Positions 28,110-38,450 of a stretch of DNA of 64,000 nt are shown in pieces. The position numbers and the translations under genes are program-made. This DNA comes from Planctomycetota bacterium (lineage in GTDB: Bacteria > Planctomycetota > PLA2 > JAEUHO01). The stretch lies in assembly GCA_965223505.1 (NCBI GenBank), contig CBDCWP010000021.1, forward strand, positions 431,237 to 495,236, written 5' to 3'. Positions within the stretch are counted from its first letter, which is position 1, and every line of letters begins with the position of its first letter. The notes beneath the pieces are model-generated. The model saw only the letters and a program-made list of their open reading frames with translations, was not told the origin of the DNA and did no database searches.

Positions 28110-28715
28110 ATGGCCAGCTGGGATCCTCGCGAAGCGCCGCCGCCGCCCGAAGGCGACACCTATCACCTCACGGCGTTCGTCACCCGCGGCCACGGCCGCC
28201 GGGGGTTCAACGAGCGCAAGGCCCACGCGTACTTCGGCATGGAGGTGCGCAAGGACGGCGACGTCATCTGGCGGCGCGTCTTCTCCTGGATGCGCGGCGG
28301 CGGCAAGACGGGTTGGGACGCCTTCAGCAACGACGGCATGCACGCGATGCCGGAGGCCTACGGGTTGCCCCGCCGCGCGCACGACGGGTTTCGCACGTGG
28401 GACGTGGACCGCGCCGGTTTCGTCGCGTGCTTCGAGACGCTTCGGCACGCGATCGAGCACAAGCGTTACAGACTGCTGATCTACAACTGTATCCACTTCG
28501 CGTGGGCGTTGTTGGGGGCGGCAGGTGTGCAGCCCGCGCGGCCGCCGGACGCCGACGAGCGCGTCGAGATTCGTGCTCCGGCCGTGGCGGCGCAGAGCGG
28601 TCTGGGGCCGTCTCCGCCGGTCTGGCCGTTCACGATGCGGCGATTGACGCGCCGTTGGCACCTGGCGTCCGTCGACCGGCAGCCGATTCCGAAGAACGTG
28701 GGTGACGATGGCTGA
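28110..28715 (+). CDS. Hypothetical protein, possible permuted papain-like fold
   Basis: AHAYF ... YRLLIYNCIHFA (His before Asn-Cys). Confidence 0.65.
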   Translation: MASWDPREAPPPPEGDTYHLTAFVTRGHGRRGFNERKAHAYFGMEVRKDGDVIWRRVFSWMRGGGKTGWDAFSNDGMHAMPEAYGLPRRAHDGFRTWDVDRAGFVACFETLRHAIEHKRYRLLIYNCIHFAWALLGAAGVQPARPPDADERVEIRAPAVAAQSGLGPSPPVWPFTMRRLTRRWHLASVDRQPIPKNVGDDG

Positions 28716-28800
28716 GTCGTAGGGACGACCCTGGTGGTCGCCCAACCGATCGACGCGCGGCTGGCGGTGGATACGCGGTTGGGCCGCCACAAGGGCTGCC

Positions 28801-31446
28801 CTACTTGACCATGAACGCGGTGTCGAAGCGCTCCGGGTCGTGCAGCCGCAGCAAGAAGCGTCCGATGCCGGCCAGGCCCGTCATGTAGCCCGGGTCGTAG
28901 GCGTGGGCGCCGATCGCGGTCTTGACCTTTCCGTTCTGTACGAGGTCTTCGGCGAAGCGCTTCGCGATCGCGAGCATGGCGGGGTTCTTGGTGCGCCGGT
29001 ACTGATCGATGAACAGCTCCGCGTTGCCCGAGATGCCGTGGCACTGGCATCCGGAGACGCGCGCCGTGCGCCCGTCGCGCAGGTTCGCGGAGATGCACTT
29101 CCAAAGGGCTTCGACGTACGGCCCTTCCTTCCCGTCCTCGAGGTGGTCGTTGAGCGCCATGAAGAGCAACGCGTTGCCCGGGCTGCCGTGGCACCACTGC
29201 ACACGGAAGTCACCCGGCTTGCGCGGCGGGTGCATCTTCGTCCACTGCCAACCGCCCTTGCCGTCGTCGACCGCGGTCCTCTCGACGAACACGGCCGCCT
29301 TCTTCGCGAGCTCGAGGTAGGCGTCGTCTTTCGTTCGTAGGTGCAGGTGCAGCAGGAAGTAGCCGATGCCGGCGGCGCCGTGCGAGAAGCCGATGTACGT
29401 GCGATCCGATCCGGGGGCGACCGGCCAGCTCACGTGTTCGTCCCCGACGACGGCGTGCGTCAGCAAGCTCTGCCCGAGCGCCGTCGCGCGCGTCACGTAC
29501 GCGTCGTTCTCGGTGGCGGCGTGGAGGTTCAACAGGAAGATCCCGACGCCCGCCGCGCCCGAGATGACGTCGTGAGCCTTCGGTTCTCCGAGGTGCCTGG
29601 CGCAGTCCTCCGCCGCCTTCAGGTACGCCTCGTCCTTGGTGCTGCGCCAGGCGTCGAGATACACCTGACCCACGCCGGCAAGACCGGTGTAGAGACCCGG
29701 CTCGTCCCGGAACGTCTTGCGCGCCGCACGGATGCGCGCATCCGCGAGCGTGCGCCACGACGCGTCGTTCGTCGCCGCGTACAGGTCGAAGAAGAACAAC
29801 GCGATGCCGGCGTCGCCCGTGTAGACGTCGCCCTTGCCGGTCTCGGCGGTCCGAATGTGACGGCCGACCTGCAGGGCGTAGTCGAGGTAGGAACCGGGAG
29901 CGGCCTGTTCTGTCTTCGCGCCCGCCGTTACCGGCGCCGGCGGGGCGACTTCCGTACCCGCGGCGAACGTGACCACGACGTCGCCGCTTCCGCCCCGCGC
30001 GAAGTTGGCCTTCACGTGCAAGTAGCGCTTGCCGCGGTCCTGTTCGATCGCCCACACCGGTTCGAGCGTCTCGATGTCCTTGCCGCCCCACTTCGCGGAG
30101 GTGATACGGACGTCCTTCACCTCGAATTCGTCGGGGAGCTCCACGCGGTCGTAGAGCTTCATCGCCATCGTGCGGGTCTTCTCGTCGAATCGACGAAACG
30201 GGTCCGCGCCCCAGAGATACGTGTACCGGCCCTGAAGCGAGATCGCGATGCGGAGCGTCTTCCCGTCGCGCATGACCTTCGTGCGCAACGGCAGGACGTC
30301 GTCGGAGACCTCGTACGCCTGGTACGAGGGATCGCCGTAGAGCACCCCGCCGGTCGCGCCCTCGAGCATCATGTGCCGGACGGCATCGACCTCCGAGCGC
30401 GCCTTGCGCTCGCCGTCCACCACGTCGGGCACCGTGATGCCGGGCTCGCCGAAGCCCAGATAGCCCATGGTGATCTTGTCGTAGTCGTTGCGGCGAATCG
30501 CACCCAGCGTCTCACCGGCCAGGGCGCGCGCGAAGTCGATCGACATCTCGGGACCCGCGGGGCGCGGGTTGACGTACGCCGTGTAGCCGACGACACCCGT
30601 GCGGATCATCGCCAGCGCGAAGCTCTTCTTCGCGTCGACCTCCTTGATGCGATTGACGAACTCGCCGGCCTGATACTCCCGCTCCGGATACTTGAGCGTC
30701 ACGCCGGTGTGACACGCGTAGTTGAAGGCGATGGACGGGAACAGGTTGAGCTTGTCGACGTCTTCCGCTCGGGGTCCCGACACGACCTCCCACGGCATGC
30801 CGTGGCCACCCATGATGATCGCGCCGCAGCCCTCGAACGAGGGCAGGTGCTCGTCGATGAAGTCCTGGTCGCGCCCGTGCTCGTCCTTCGGCTTGAAGTA
30901 GATCTCGCGCATCGGGCGTACGAGGGCGCCCGAGCGGAACTCCGTGTCGTGCGCGCGGGCCGGCCACGAGCCGCCGGTCACCGCGCCGCGTCCGACCCTC
31001 GGCGCGTGCTTCTTCGTCGGCGCTTTGATGATGTTCTCGACGAACCGGATGGCTTCCATCCCGGTCGCGCCGGTGATGAAGCCGTACTCGAAGTCGACGA
31101 ACGGGTCGTCGTCGACCTTCGTCGCCATCTTCAGGATGCGCCGCACCGAGTTGACGTGAATCTGCTCCGGACGCAGCACGAACACGACGTATCGGGGCTC
31201 GAACCGTCGAAGGAGCGGCAGGGCGGCCTCCGGCTTCTCCGGATCGAACGGCTGGACGCCCAGCTTGTCCGGTCTTGCATCCCGAAGCTTGCGCGCCGCC
31301 TGGTAGTAGTCGCTGTCGCCGGGGCTGCAAAAGACGACGTAGTCGCCTCGCTTCGGCCGGTCGGGCTCGGCGACCGCACCTGTTCCCCCGCCCACGACGA
31401 CGACACCCAAGACCAGCCATAGCGATATCCGAGTCATGCGATCCAT
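28801..31446 (-). CDS. Secreted C25/clan CD peptidase-like domain fused to LanC-like domain
   Basis: Signal peptide; GGHG...YACHTG; GLYTGLAG, DVISGAAG, GFSHGAAG, WCHGSPG, CQCHGISG. Confidence 0.82.
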   Translation of the reverse strand: MDRMTRISLWLVLGVVVVGGGTGAVAEPDRPKRGDYVVFCSPGDSDYYQAARKLRDARPDKLGVQPFDPEKPEAALPLLRRFEPRYVVFVLRPEQIHVNSVRRILKMATKVDDDPFVDFEYGFITGATGMEAIRFVENIIKAPTKKHAPRVGRGAVTGGSWPARAHDTEFRSGALVRPMREIYFKPKDEHGRDQDFIDEHLPSFEGCGAIIMGGHGMPWEVVSGPRAEDVDKLNLFPSIAFNYACHTGVTLKYPEREYQAGEFVNRIKEVDAKKSFALAMIRTGVVGYTAYVNPRPAGPEMSIDFARALAGETLGAIRRNDYDKITMGYLGFGEPGITVPDVVDGERKARSEVDAVRHMMLEGATGGVLYGDPSYQAYEVSDDVLPLRTKVMRDGKTLRIAISLQGRYTYLWGADPFRRFDEKTRTMAMKLYDRVELPDEFEVKDVRITSAKWGGKDIETLEPVWAIEQDRGKRYLHVKANFARGGSGDVVVTFAAGTEVAPPAPVTAGAKTEQAAPGSYLDYALQVGRHIRTAETGKGDVYTGDAGIALFFFDLYAATNDASWRTLADARIRAARKTFRDEPGLYTGLAGVGQVYLDAWRSTKDEAYLKAAEDCARHLGEPKAHDVISGAAGVGIFLLNLHAATENDAYVTRATALGQSLLTHAVVGDEHVSWPVAPGSDRTYIGFSHGAAGIGYFLLHLHLRTKDDAYLELAKKAAVFVERTAVDDGKGGWQWTKMHPPRKPGDFRVQWCHGSPGNALLFMALNDHLEDGKEGPYVEALWKCISANLRDGRTARVSGCQCHGISGNAELFIDQYRRTKNPAMLAIAKRFAEDLVQNGKVKTAIGAHAYDPGYMTGLAGIGRFLLRLHDPERFDTAFMVK

Positions 31447-31571
31447 CCTCTCATGTAGAGGACATCCCGTCGGGGGCCTTTCGGGTCCGAACCACCGAGC
31501 GCGTCGACCCTCGATTCCACGGGCCCGGAGGATCTGGTATCACCGGGGCCCCCGCCGTGGAGGAGGCCCTC

Positions 31572-32858
31572 ATGTCCGTACGTCGCCGTTGGTTCGCTTG
31601 TTTCGCCGCCGCCCTCATGGGTCTCTTGCTCACGTCGGGCGCCGTGTGCGCTGACGAGGAGAAGACGCCCGAAGCACCGAAGGAGCCGGAGGCGACGAAG
31701 GAGATCGTGCGCCAGCCGATGATGTGGGTGGTCGAAGGCGACACGAAGGTCTACCTCGTCGGAACGATTCACATCTCCGAGCCGCGTGTGCACGCGCTGC
31801 TGCCCGAGGTCGAGAAGGCGCTCGAGCTCAGTGACGCCGTCTACACGGAGCTGGCGTTCGACGCGGAGTCGATGGGCCGGCTGCAAATGGCGTTCATGAC
31901 GATGGGCATCCTGCCAGAGGGGCAGACACTCGTAGGCGTGTTGGGCGAGGACCTGCACGCGCGCGCGGCGAAGTACATGCCTGCAATGGCGCCGATCACC
32001 TTCTTTGCGAACCGCAAGCCCTGGGTGATCTGGTTCCTGCTGCTGCAGGCGCAGATGCAGGCATCGCTCGAGAAGATCAAGGAAGCACGCGAGGCCGAAG
32101 CGGCGAAGGCCAAGCCGACGACCGGTGAGAGCGGCACGTCCACGGACCCGGAGGGCGGCGGCGACACGGGCGGCACGACCGAACCCGAGCCGGAGCCCGC
32201 GGCGCCGACGCCGGAGAAGCCGCTGGACTGGGTGCTCTTCGAGCGCGCGGAAAAGGCCGGCAAGACGGTCGGCGGCCTCGAGACGCCGCAACAGCAGTTC
32301 AAGATCTTCGACGAGCTCTCCATCGAAGACCAGGTGGAGATGGTGCGTGCGTCCGTGGAAGCACTGGAGGACCTGAAAGGCGAGAAGAAGAAGGACGACG
32401 AGGAGGAAGGCGAGGACGAGGACGAGGGCGAAGGAGAGGGTGAGACCGAAGCGGAGGATGACGACGGCGACGAAGGCGCCGTCGGCCGCGAGGCCGTCGA
32501 GCAGCTCACCGCGATGGTCAACATGTGGCTCGCCGGCGACGCCGAGGCGCTCTCGGAGATGATCAAGAAGGAGCTGATGGGGGACGCCAAGGCCGAGGCG
32601 TTCGCCAAGGCGATGTTCGACACGCGCAACGAGGGTATGGTCGAGAAGATCTGCTCGATGATGAAGGCGGAGCCGGCCAAGACGTACTTCATCGCGGTCG
32701 GGTCCGGTCACATGCCGGGAACGAACGGGATCGTCGAGATGCTCGAGAAGCGCGGCTACAAGGTGCGTAAGGTCAAGACAGGCGACGAGATCGAGGCGTC
32801 GAAGAAGCAGGAGCCGGCGAAGGAACCCGCCGGCGCCGGATCGGGCGATGGTGGGTAG
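31572..32858 (+). CDS. TraB/GumN family protein with low-complexity insertions
   Basis: YLVGTIH, GLETPQQQ, RNEGM, FIAVGSGH; GGAGG SD. Confidence 0.88.
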   Translation: MSVRRRWFACFAAALMGLLLTSGAVCADEEKTPEAPKEPEATKEIVRQPMMWVVEGDTKVYLVGTIHISEPRVHALLPEVEKALELSDAVYTELAFDAESMGRLQMAFMTMGILPEGQTLVGVLGEDLHARAAKYMPAMAPITFFANRKPWVIWFLLLQAQMQASLEKIKEAREAEAAKAKPTTGESGTSTDPEGGGDTGGTTEPEPEPAAPTPEKPLDWVLFERAEKAGKTVGGLETPQQQFKIFDELSIEDQVEMVRASVEALEDLKGEKKKDDEEEGEDEDEGEGEGETEAEDDDGDEGAVGREAVEQLTAMVNMWLAGDAEALSEMIKKELMGDAKAEAFAKAMFDTRNEGMVEKICSMMKAEPAKTYFIAVGSGHMPGTNGIVEMLEKRGYKVRKVKTGDEIEASKKQEPAKEPAGAGSGDGG

Positions 32859-32861
32859 CAG

Positions 32862-34475
32862 CTACCTGGGCCAGCGGAGCTTCCTGACCACTCCCGCCTT
32901 GTTCGTCTCGAGGATCTCGATCTGCTCGAACGGATAGGGGCCGAGCGTCGTCTTAGGCCACTCGCTACTCGAGGGATGCGCCATGCTCGGTGCAAACCGC
33001 CGCTTGCCGCCGCTCGCGTGCACGGGGAATTCCACTGGTGGGAGGTCTTCGATACCGCCTCCGCGCAGCTCGAAACGAGCGAGCTCCCGCGAAAAAAAGG
33101 CCCTTGACGGGACCTTCAGACCCGGCGTGAACGTCATCGTCGCATTGCTCCATACCCCCGGCAGGATGCGCACCGGCGAGATGACTGCCACCGTTTCCGA
33201 CCAACCCTCCCATGCCAGCAGGTCGTACTCACCGGCCAAGAGTCCCTCGATCTCCCACGTGCTGTTGTCCGGTGCGCTCGGGAACGGCGAAGTCCAGGTC
33301 GCGCCATCAGCGTTGCGGCGACGCATCAGCACGAATCTCGACCGCTCTCTCCTCTCCTTCGTCGAGGCGTGTTCGATGACGGTGATGCGGAGATTGCCGA
33401 CAGTCTCATCCGGGTCGAGCGCGACCGAAATCTCCGGGGCGTCTCCGGACACGACCGAGATGTCTCTGACCCACGGTAGGTAGCCGGCGGCCTCGATCCG
33501 AACGCGGTAGCGCCCGGGCCGGATCCCGCGGTGCGAAGAGAACCTTCCGTCAGGTGCTGAGCCGGACAACTGCGCAACGCGCGTCTCTGATTCGTCCCAG
33601 ATCTCGAAGCGACTGACCCTCCGCACCGGCTTGCCGGTGGCCGCGTCGTGCACGCGCACGCCGACGAAGCAGGCGGGGAACATGGTCACGGTGATCGAGC
33701 CGTCCTCGGCGTCGAACGGGATCACGGCGGGATCTGCGTAGTGCGACTCGGAAACCGGTGTCGCCGTCATTCGGCCCTTGCTGAGAAGGCGAATCTGCCG
33801 CACGGTAGTCGGCCCGGTTTCCATCCTGCCTACGACCTCTCGAGTGTGTGCTTCCGGGCCCGGGTAGCGAAAGGTCTCGGCCGGTGCCCGGCGTTCGACA
33901 ACGGGACTGAACCGTCGAGGCGGTCGGCCATCCGAGGTCTCGACGCGGATTTCGAGCATGTGGCCTTCGGGAACGACGATCGTGACGGGATTGGCTTCTG
34001 GTGTCCACGCATCGCCGTCGAGATAGCCGGGTCTGTGATCGTGATCGCGCGCAAACGCAGCGATCCAATGACCGCGCACGACGTGGCGGTTGAGCTCCCA
34101 ACGGCATTCCGATCCATGCGTCATCGTCTTCGTCAGGCCGGTCAACGAGTCGACGCCGGCGATCTGCTTCGGCAGCAGCACGATGTCGGCATTCACCGGC
34201 GTTCCGTGTTCATCCTCCACCCAGCCTTCCAGCAGGAAGTACGCGTCGGGATTTGCTTCCGTTACTGCCGGTTGCGTCGTCGAGGCCGACTCGTCATACG
34301 TCGGCATCTCGATTTTTTCCTCAGGATGCCCCTCCAGCATCGCGCGGCGATCGCCTGCCGACGCGGCGTCTGCGGGCGCCATCTCGTTCGGACCCTCCAA
34401 TCCCTCGAACCAGAGCACGAAGATCAGGCCCGCCAAGGCCATCACGAGAAGCAGAACCTGCCAGCCTTTGCACAT
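32862..34475 (-). CDS. Single-pass protein with carboxypeptidase-regulatory-like beta-sandwich repeats
   Basis: N-terminal TM; GWVEDEHGTPV, PGRYRVRIEAAGY. Confidence 0.75.
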   Translation of the reverse strand: MCKGWQVLLLVMALAGLIFVLWFEGLEGPNEMAPADAASAGDRRAMLEGHPEEKIEMPTYDESASTTQPAVTEANPDAYFLLEGWVEDEHGTPVNADIVLLPKQIAGVDSLTGLTKTMTHGSECRWELNRHVVRGHWIAAFARDHDHRPGYLDGDAWTPEANPVTIVVPEGHMLEIRVETSDGRPPRRFSPVVERRAPAETFRYPGPEAHTREVVGRMETGPTTVRQIRLLSKGRMTATPVSESHYADPAVIPFDAEDGSITVTMFPACFVGVRVHDAATGKPVRRVSRFEIWDESETRVAQLSGSAPDGRFSSHRGIRPGRYRVRIEAAGYLPWVRDISVVSGDAPEISVALDPDETVGNLRITVIEHASTKERRERSRFVLMRRRNADGATWTSPFPSAPDNSTWEIEGLLAGEYDLLAWEGWSETVAVISPVRILPGVWSNATMTFTPGLKVPSRAFFSRELARFELRGGGIEDLPPVEFPVHASGGKRRFAPSMAHPSSSEWPKTTLGPYPFEQIEILETNKAGVVRKLRWPR

Positions 34476-35776
34476 CAGTCCACGAACCCGAGCTTCAGAT
34501 CGACGGTCTCGCCCGCGCGCACCTCCGTCGTACCAGCGACCTTGCGCTGCACGCTCGCGTGGTCGCCGATCTTGGTGAGATCGCCGGTCGCCGTCACCTG
34601 ATACACACCCTCGGGGAGGTCGCGTGCGATCGCGAACGGTCGCTGTCGCAAGGCACCTGTCGTCTCCACGCCGCGGCCCTCGAAGACGACGCGTGGTGCG
34701 CCCTGCCATCCCTCGGGGTAGATGAGCCGGACCCGCGTGTCCGTCGCCGGCCGCAGCGTCAACAAGACGTCCTCGTGACTCGGGCGATAGTCGGGTTCGA
34801 GCGCGCACAAGCGATCCTGTCGTAGGGATCCCGTCGCGAGCCAGAACGCATAGCTCATGTCGGCTCGCAGTGCCGGGATCCGTGTGGAGCCGCTTCGGAT
34901 GTCCCAGGGTCTGCGGTAGACCTCCTGGCCTCCGGTGGTGTACTCCGTGACCCAGAGCGTGGCGCTCATTCGCTGCGCGGGATCCCAGTTCGTGACGTTC
35001 ACCGTCACCTGCATGCCCGCATCGACCTCGAGAACGACGTCTTGCGTGCCGCCGCGGAACTTCCAGTTTCGCTGGCTGGACACTTCGCGGAATCCACGCA
35101 CCTTGACAGCCAGCTCGTAGACCTCGTCGCGAAGCTGCCCGATGTCGAATTTACCCTCATCGTTCGCTCGGACCGTCTTGTCGATCCTGCCGCCGACGAC
35201 GCCTACGAGCGCATGGGCGAGGGGCTCGCTGTGCACGTTCACGACGCGCCCTTCGATGCTGAGCGCGCGCTCGAACGCCACCTCCGACGAGCCCTGCTCC
35301 CACTCCCGACGCTCGATGTTCAGGAGATCGAGCCGCGACGCGGGCGCCGTGACCGCCAGGGTGTACTTGGGCGTCTCGTCGAACGCGGTCGCCGGAACGT
35401 CATCCTTGTCGATGCGTACCGTTCCCGTGCGGTCCGTCGTGTCCGCCATCGCCTCGAGATGGAAGCGGCTGAAGATCTTCGGCACCGTGTACTCGATCTT
35501 GACCGACGCGCCCTCGACGACGTTGCCTTCGTAGTCCTTCACCGTCAGCAGGTACGCCCCTTCTTCGGCATCGCCGCCGGGGTCGACCGTAGGCTCGGCT
35601 TCGAGCGACGTGCGTGGCTCGCGCCCTGTCAGCATCGGCGCTTCTTCGGGCGTTTCGTCTTCGGCGGCCCGGGACCGATCGTCGGGCGCGTCGTCCCACA
35701 CGCGAGCGCCAAGCGCCGCGATCAATGCGAGCGCACAGAGCGTCCCACCCCAGAGCATCGACTTGCGGCTGCCCAT
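34475..35776 (-). CDS. Single-pass protein with carboxypeptidase-regulatory-like repeats
   Basis: N-terminal TM; IEGRVVNVHSEPL, TDRTG, LPEGVYQV. Confidence 0.75.
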   Translation of the reverse strand: MGSRKSMLWGGTLCALALIAALGARVWDDAPDDRSRAAEDETPEEAPMLTGREPRTSLEAEPTVDPGGDAEEGAYLLTVKDYEGNVVEGASVKIEYTVPKIFSRFHLEAMADTTDRTGTVRIDKDDVPATAFDETPKYTLAVTAPASRLDLLNIERREWEQGSSEVAFERALSIEGRVVNVHSEPLAHALVGVVGGRIDKTVRANDEGKFDIGQLRDEVYELAVKVRGFREVSSQRNWKFRGGTQDVVLEVDAGMQVTVNVTNWDPAQRMSATLWVTEYTTGGQEVYRRPWDIRSGSTRIPALRADMSYAFWLATGSLRQDRLCALEPDYRPSHEDVLLTLRPATDTRVRLIYPEGWQGAPRVVFEGRGVETTGALRQRPFAIARDLPEGVYQVTATGDLTKIGDHASVQRKVAGTTEVRAGETVDLKLGFVD

Positions 35777-35916
35777 GCGCTCAAGCGTAACGACAGGTGC
35801 AGCGGGGGCATCCCGGTTCAGCGCGGCGCGGACCAGGCCGCGTACCGCATGCGCCAAGAGCGACTCGATCCTGAGCAGGCTGTGCGAGCGGCCGGGATCG
35901 GTTCAAGGCTGCGGTT

Positions 35917-37458
35917 TCATTCGACCTCTACGCGCAACGCGACGTCCTCAGTTCCGGCTTCCACGGGACCGTTCGTGTCGAACGGGCCGGTCGCGGAGCC
36001 CGCCGTCCAATGCAGCGCGTAGTCGCCCGGCTGCAATCCCGGAATCGAGAATCCGCCGCGACCGTCTGCGGTGCCGTAGTACGAGATTCCGTTGCGCCTG
36101 GCGAAGACGTGCGGATAGCGCTTCGGGACGTCGTCGGGAAGCTCCATCCGCCCGCTGATGCGCAGGCCCTTCTTCGGTTCGATCACCAGCGCCGCGCCCG
36201 GGATCGATACGTCCTCGATCCACGCGCAGAGGTCGTTCCGGCTGTTGCGTGCCTCGAAAGCGAACGTGCCGGTGGGGATGCGCAGGAAGAGGAACTTCCC
36301 GCTCACGACCTCCGCCTCGTCCCACTCGTAGTACGCCCCGGACGTTTCGTCGCGGTGGTAGCACCGGATCATCAACGGGCCCGAGGTAGGTCCGATGACG
36401 GTCCCCCTGACCTCGTGGGTCTTCCGGCACACCACGCGAATGCCGATCTGGGGAGCCTGAACGACCATCGGCACGCAAGCGAACTCGTCCTCGCGATGAT
36501 TGCCGAACTTCAACAGGTAGCGGCCGGACGGCATGTTGGACAGCCGGAAGTCGTTGCCGCCGTCGAGCAGTGTCCAGTGTCCGACGATCGGCGCCCAGTC
36601 GAGCGGCGTCGCCGTGACCTTGCCGGCGGTGATCGGCGTTCCGTCCGGTCGGACGACCTCGCCGGAGAGCGAAGCACCTTCGTCGAAGCGCAACGTGACG
36701 GGGTTGTCGCGCGCCGGATCTACCACGATGCGCACCAGTGCGGAGCCCCGCGGATCGACGTCGACGCCGAGGCCGCCCCGCGGCGGAAGCGCCCACACCG
36801 TGACCCGGCGTTGCACGCGCGGAACCCGCAAGGTGAACGCGCCGCGTGGGCCCGACTTGGCCCATTGACTACGCCTCTTCGGACCCTCGTTCCATTCCGC
36901 GGCGACGCGTACGTCCGCGAGCGGTCCGCCGCCGGCGCCGATGACGGTGCCGCGCAGCAACGTCGTCGCGCGCAGTCGAAACACGAAACGCTTGCCGGGG
37001 CTGGTGCCCTGAGGCTCGCCGCCGATCCACGCGTCCGTGTCGGCGACGTAGATCCAACCGTTCTTCTCCGTCCAGCCCTCGAAGCCGCCGTTCCCGCGGC
37101 TGTGGGCGATGACCGGAGCGTCGTCCGGTCCCGAGAGCGGTTTCGGCGGCAGGCCGCCGCGAATCGCCACGTCCGCGATGGGACGCCCCGTCTCGTCGAC
37201 CACCGTGCCCTGCACGAAACGACGGTCGGCCGGCGGGACCTCCTCAATGGGCTCAGGTCGAGAGTTCGTCGCATCGATGGGTGTCGGATCGTCGGCAGGC
37301 GCCCGACCCTCCAGACCCGCGCCGGCTTCGTCGTGCACGGTCGCGTTCGACGAGTGCTCGTTGTTGGGCGGCTCGTCGTCCGAGGGATGCGTCAGCAGCA
37401 CGATCACCGTCCACACGGCCAGCGACGAGCCGATCACGATGAGCTTGCGCTTGAGGAT
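35917..37458 (-). CDS. Single-pass protein with carboxypeptidase-regulatory-like repeats (start ATC 37458 or GTG 37437)
   Basis: GTVVDETGRPI, GEVVRPDGTPI, GLQPGDY. Confidence 0.75.
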   Translation of the reverse strand: MLKRKLIVIGSSLAVWTVIVLLTHPSDDEPPNNEHSSNATVHDEAGAGLEGRAPADDPTPIDATNSRPEPIEEVPPADRRFVQGTVVDETGRPIADVAIRGGLPPKPLSGPDDAPVIAHSRGNGGFEGWTEKNGWIYVADTDAWIGGEPQGTSPGKRFVFRLRATTLLRGTVIGAGGGPLADVRVAAEWNEGPKRRSQWAKSGPRGAFTLRVPRVQRRVTVWALPPRGGLGVDVDPRGSALVRIVVDPARDNPVTLRFDEGASLSGEVVRPDGTPITAGKVTATPLDWAPIVGHWTLLDGGNDFRLSNMPSGRYLLKFGNHREDEFACVPMVVQAPQIGIRVVCRKTHEVRGTVIGPTSGPLMIRCYHRDETSGAYYEWDEAEVVSGKFLFLRIPTGTFAFEARNSRNDLCAWIEDVSIPGAALVIEPKKGLRISGRMELPDDVPKRYPHVFARRNGISYYGTADGRGGFSIPGLQPGDYALHWTAGSATGPFDTNGPVEAGTEDVALRVEVE

Positions 37459-37472
37459 GACGGCCTCCGTAA

Positions 37473-38393
37473 CTAGCTGTCGACGGCCGCTTCGACGAGC
37501 CGGGCGTCGCGAACGTAGATCGTGCGCATCACCACGTCGCAGCGCTTGAGCGCACCGCGGAACGTGATCGGCTTGCCGCGCAACGGTCGCAAGGTGTCCT
37601 CCGTGTCGGGCGGCAGCTGCACGACCGCGTCGACGACGCGCCCCGCGAACCCGCCTGCGAGGGTGTGGATACCCAGCGTGACCTTCACGCCGGGGTCGCC
37701 CTCGAACTCGAAGTCCGATCGATACGACTCGATCCGTTCCAGCTCACCGGTCCACTCGACCACGACGCCTTCGTACTCGCGCGCGAAGCGGGCCTCGGCG
37801 TCTGCGCGGCGCTCCTCCGCGAACAAGGTCTCGCAGACGTCGCTCGCAGCGAGCCCCGAGCTCTCGTCGGGATGCCACGAGGGTTCCTCCGCCGGCGGTT
37901 CCGGTTCGCCCTCCGGTTCGGGCTCGAGCTCGATGTCGGGAGCGGGCGCGGGTTCGGGGTCGGACGCGTCGGGCTCCCACGACGGCTCCGCGTCGAGCGT
38001 CGTACGCTCGGAGACCGGTTCGATCTCGACCGCGTCGAGCTCGCGGGGCGTCTCCGGTTCCGGGTCACGGTCCCGAAGAACGATCGGCTCGTCCGTCTCG
38101 TGAGGCCGGCCGAACACGCGCTCCGCGCGCTCGTATGCGCCCCGGTCCGGTTCGTCGTCAGGCGCGTCGACCGGTTGCGGCGGCGGTGGTGGCGGCGGCT
38201 GCGATGGCGACTTCGTCCAGGGTTTGTCGCCCCACCGCAGCGGCTTCCCCAGAAAGCTGATGCGCTTGCGCTTCTTGCGCGGTGCGCCGATCGGCCGGCT
38301 CGCGCGGTCCTTCTGTGCTTTCCCCATGTTCTTGAAGATCACGAACAGGACCAGGAACAGGATGACGCCGATGACTTCCAATTGCGTCTCCAC
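37473..38393 (-). CDS. Hypothetical membrane-anchored protein with Pro/Glu-rich linker and OB-like C-terminus
   Basis: N-terminal TM, PE-rich middle, YEGVVVEWTG. Confidence 0.72.
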   Translation of the reverse strand: METQLEVIGVILFLVLFVIFKNMGKAQKDRASRPIGAPRKKRKRISFLGKPLRWGDKPWTKSPSQPPPPPPPQPVDAPDDEPDRGAYERAERVFGRPHETDEPIVLRDRDPEPETPRELDAVEIEPVSERTTLDAEPSWEPDASDPEPAPAPDIELEPEPEGEPEPPAEEPSWHPDESSGLAASDVCETLFAEERRADAEARFAREYEGVVVEWTGELERIESYRSDFEFEGDPGVKVTLGIHTLAGGFAGRVVDAVVQLPPDTEDTLRPLRGKPITFRGALKRCDVVMRTIYVRDARLVEAAVDS

Positions 38394-38450
38394 ACGCGGC
38401 CGGGACCCACAGTGTAGACGCGACCGAACGGCAACGGGGACTCCCGTGCG

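Noticed and set aside
32090..32480. Glu/Asp/Gly-rich repeats in the TraB/GumN gene
   Set aside because: In-frame low-complexity linkers, not a DNA repeat element.
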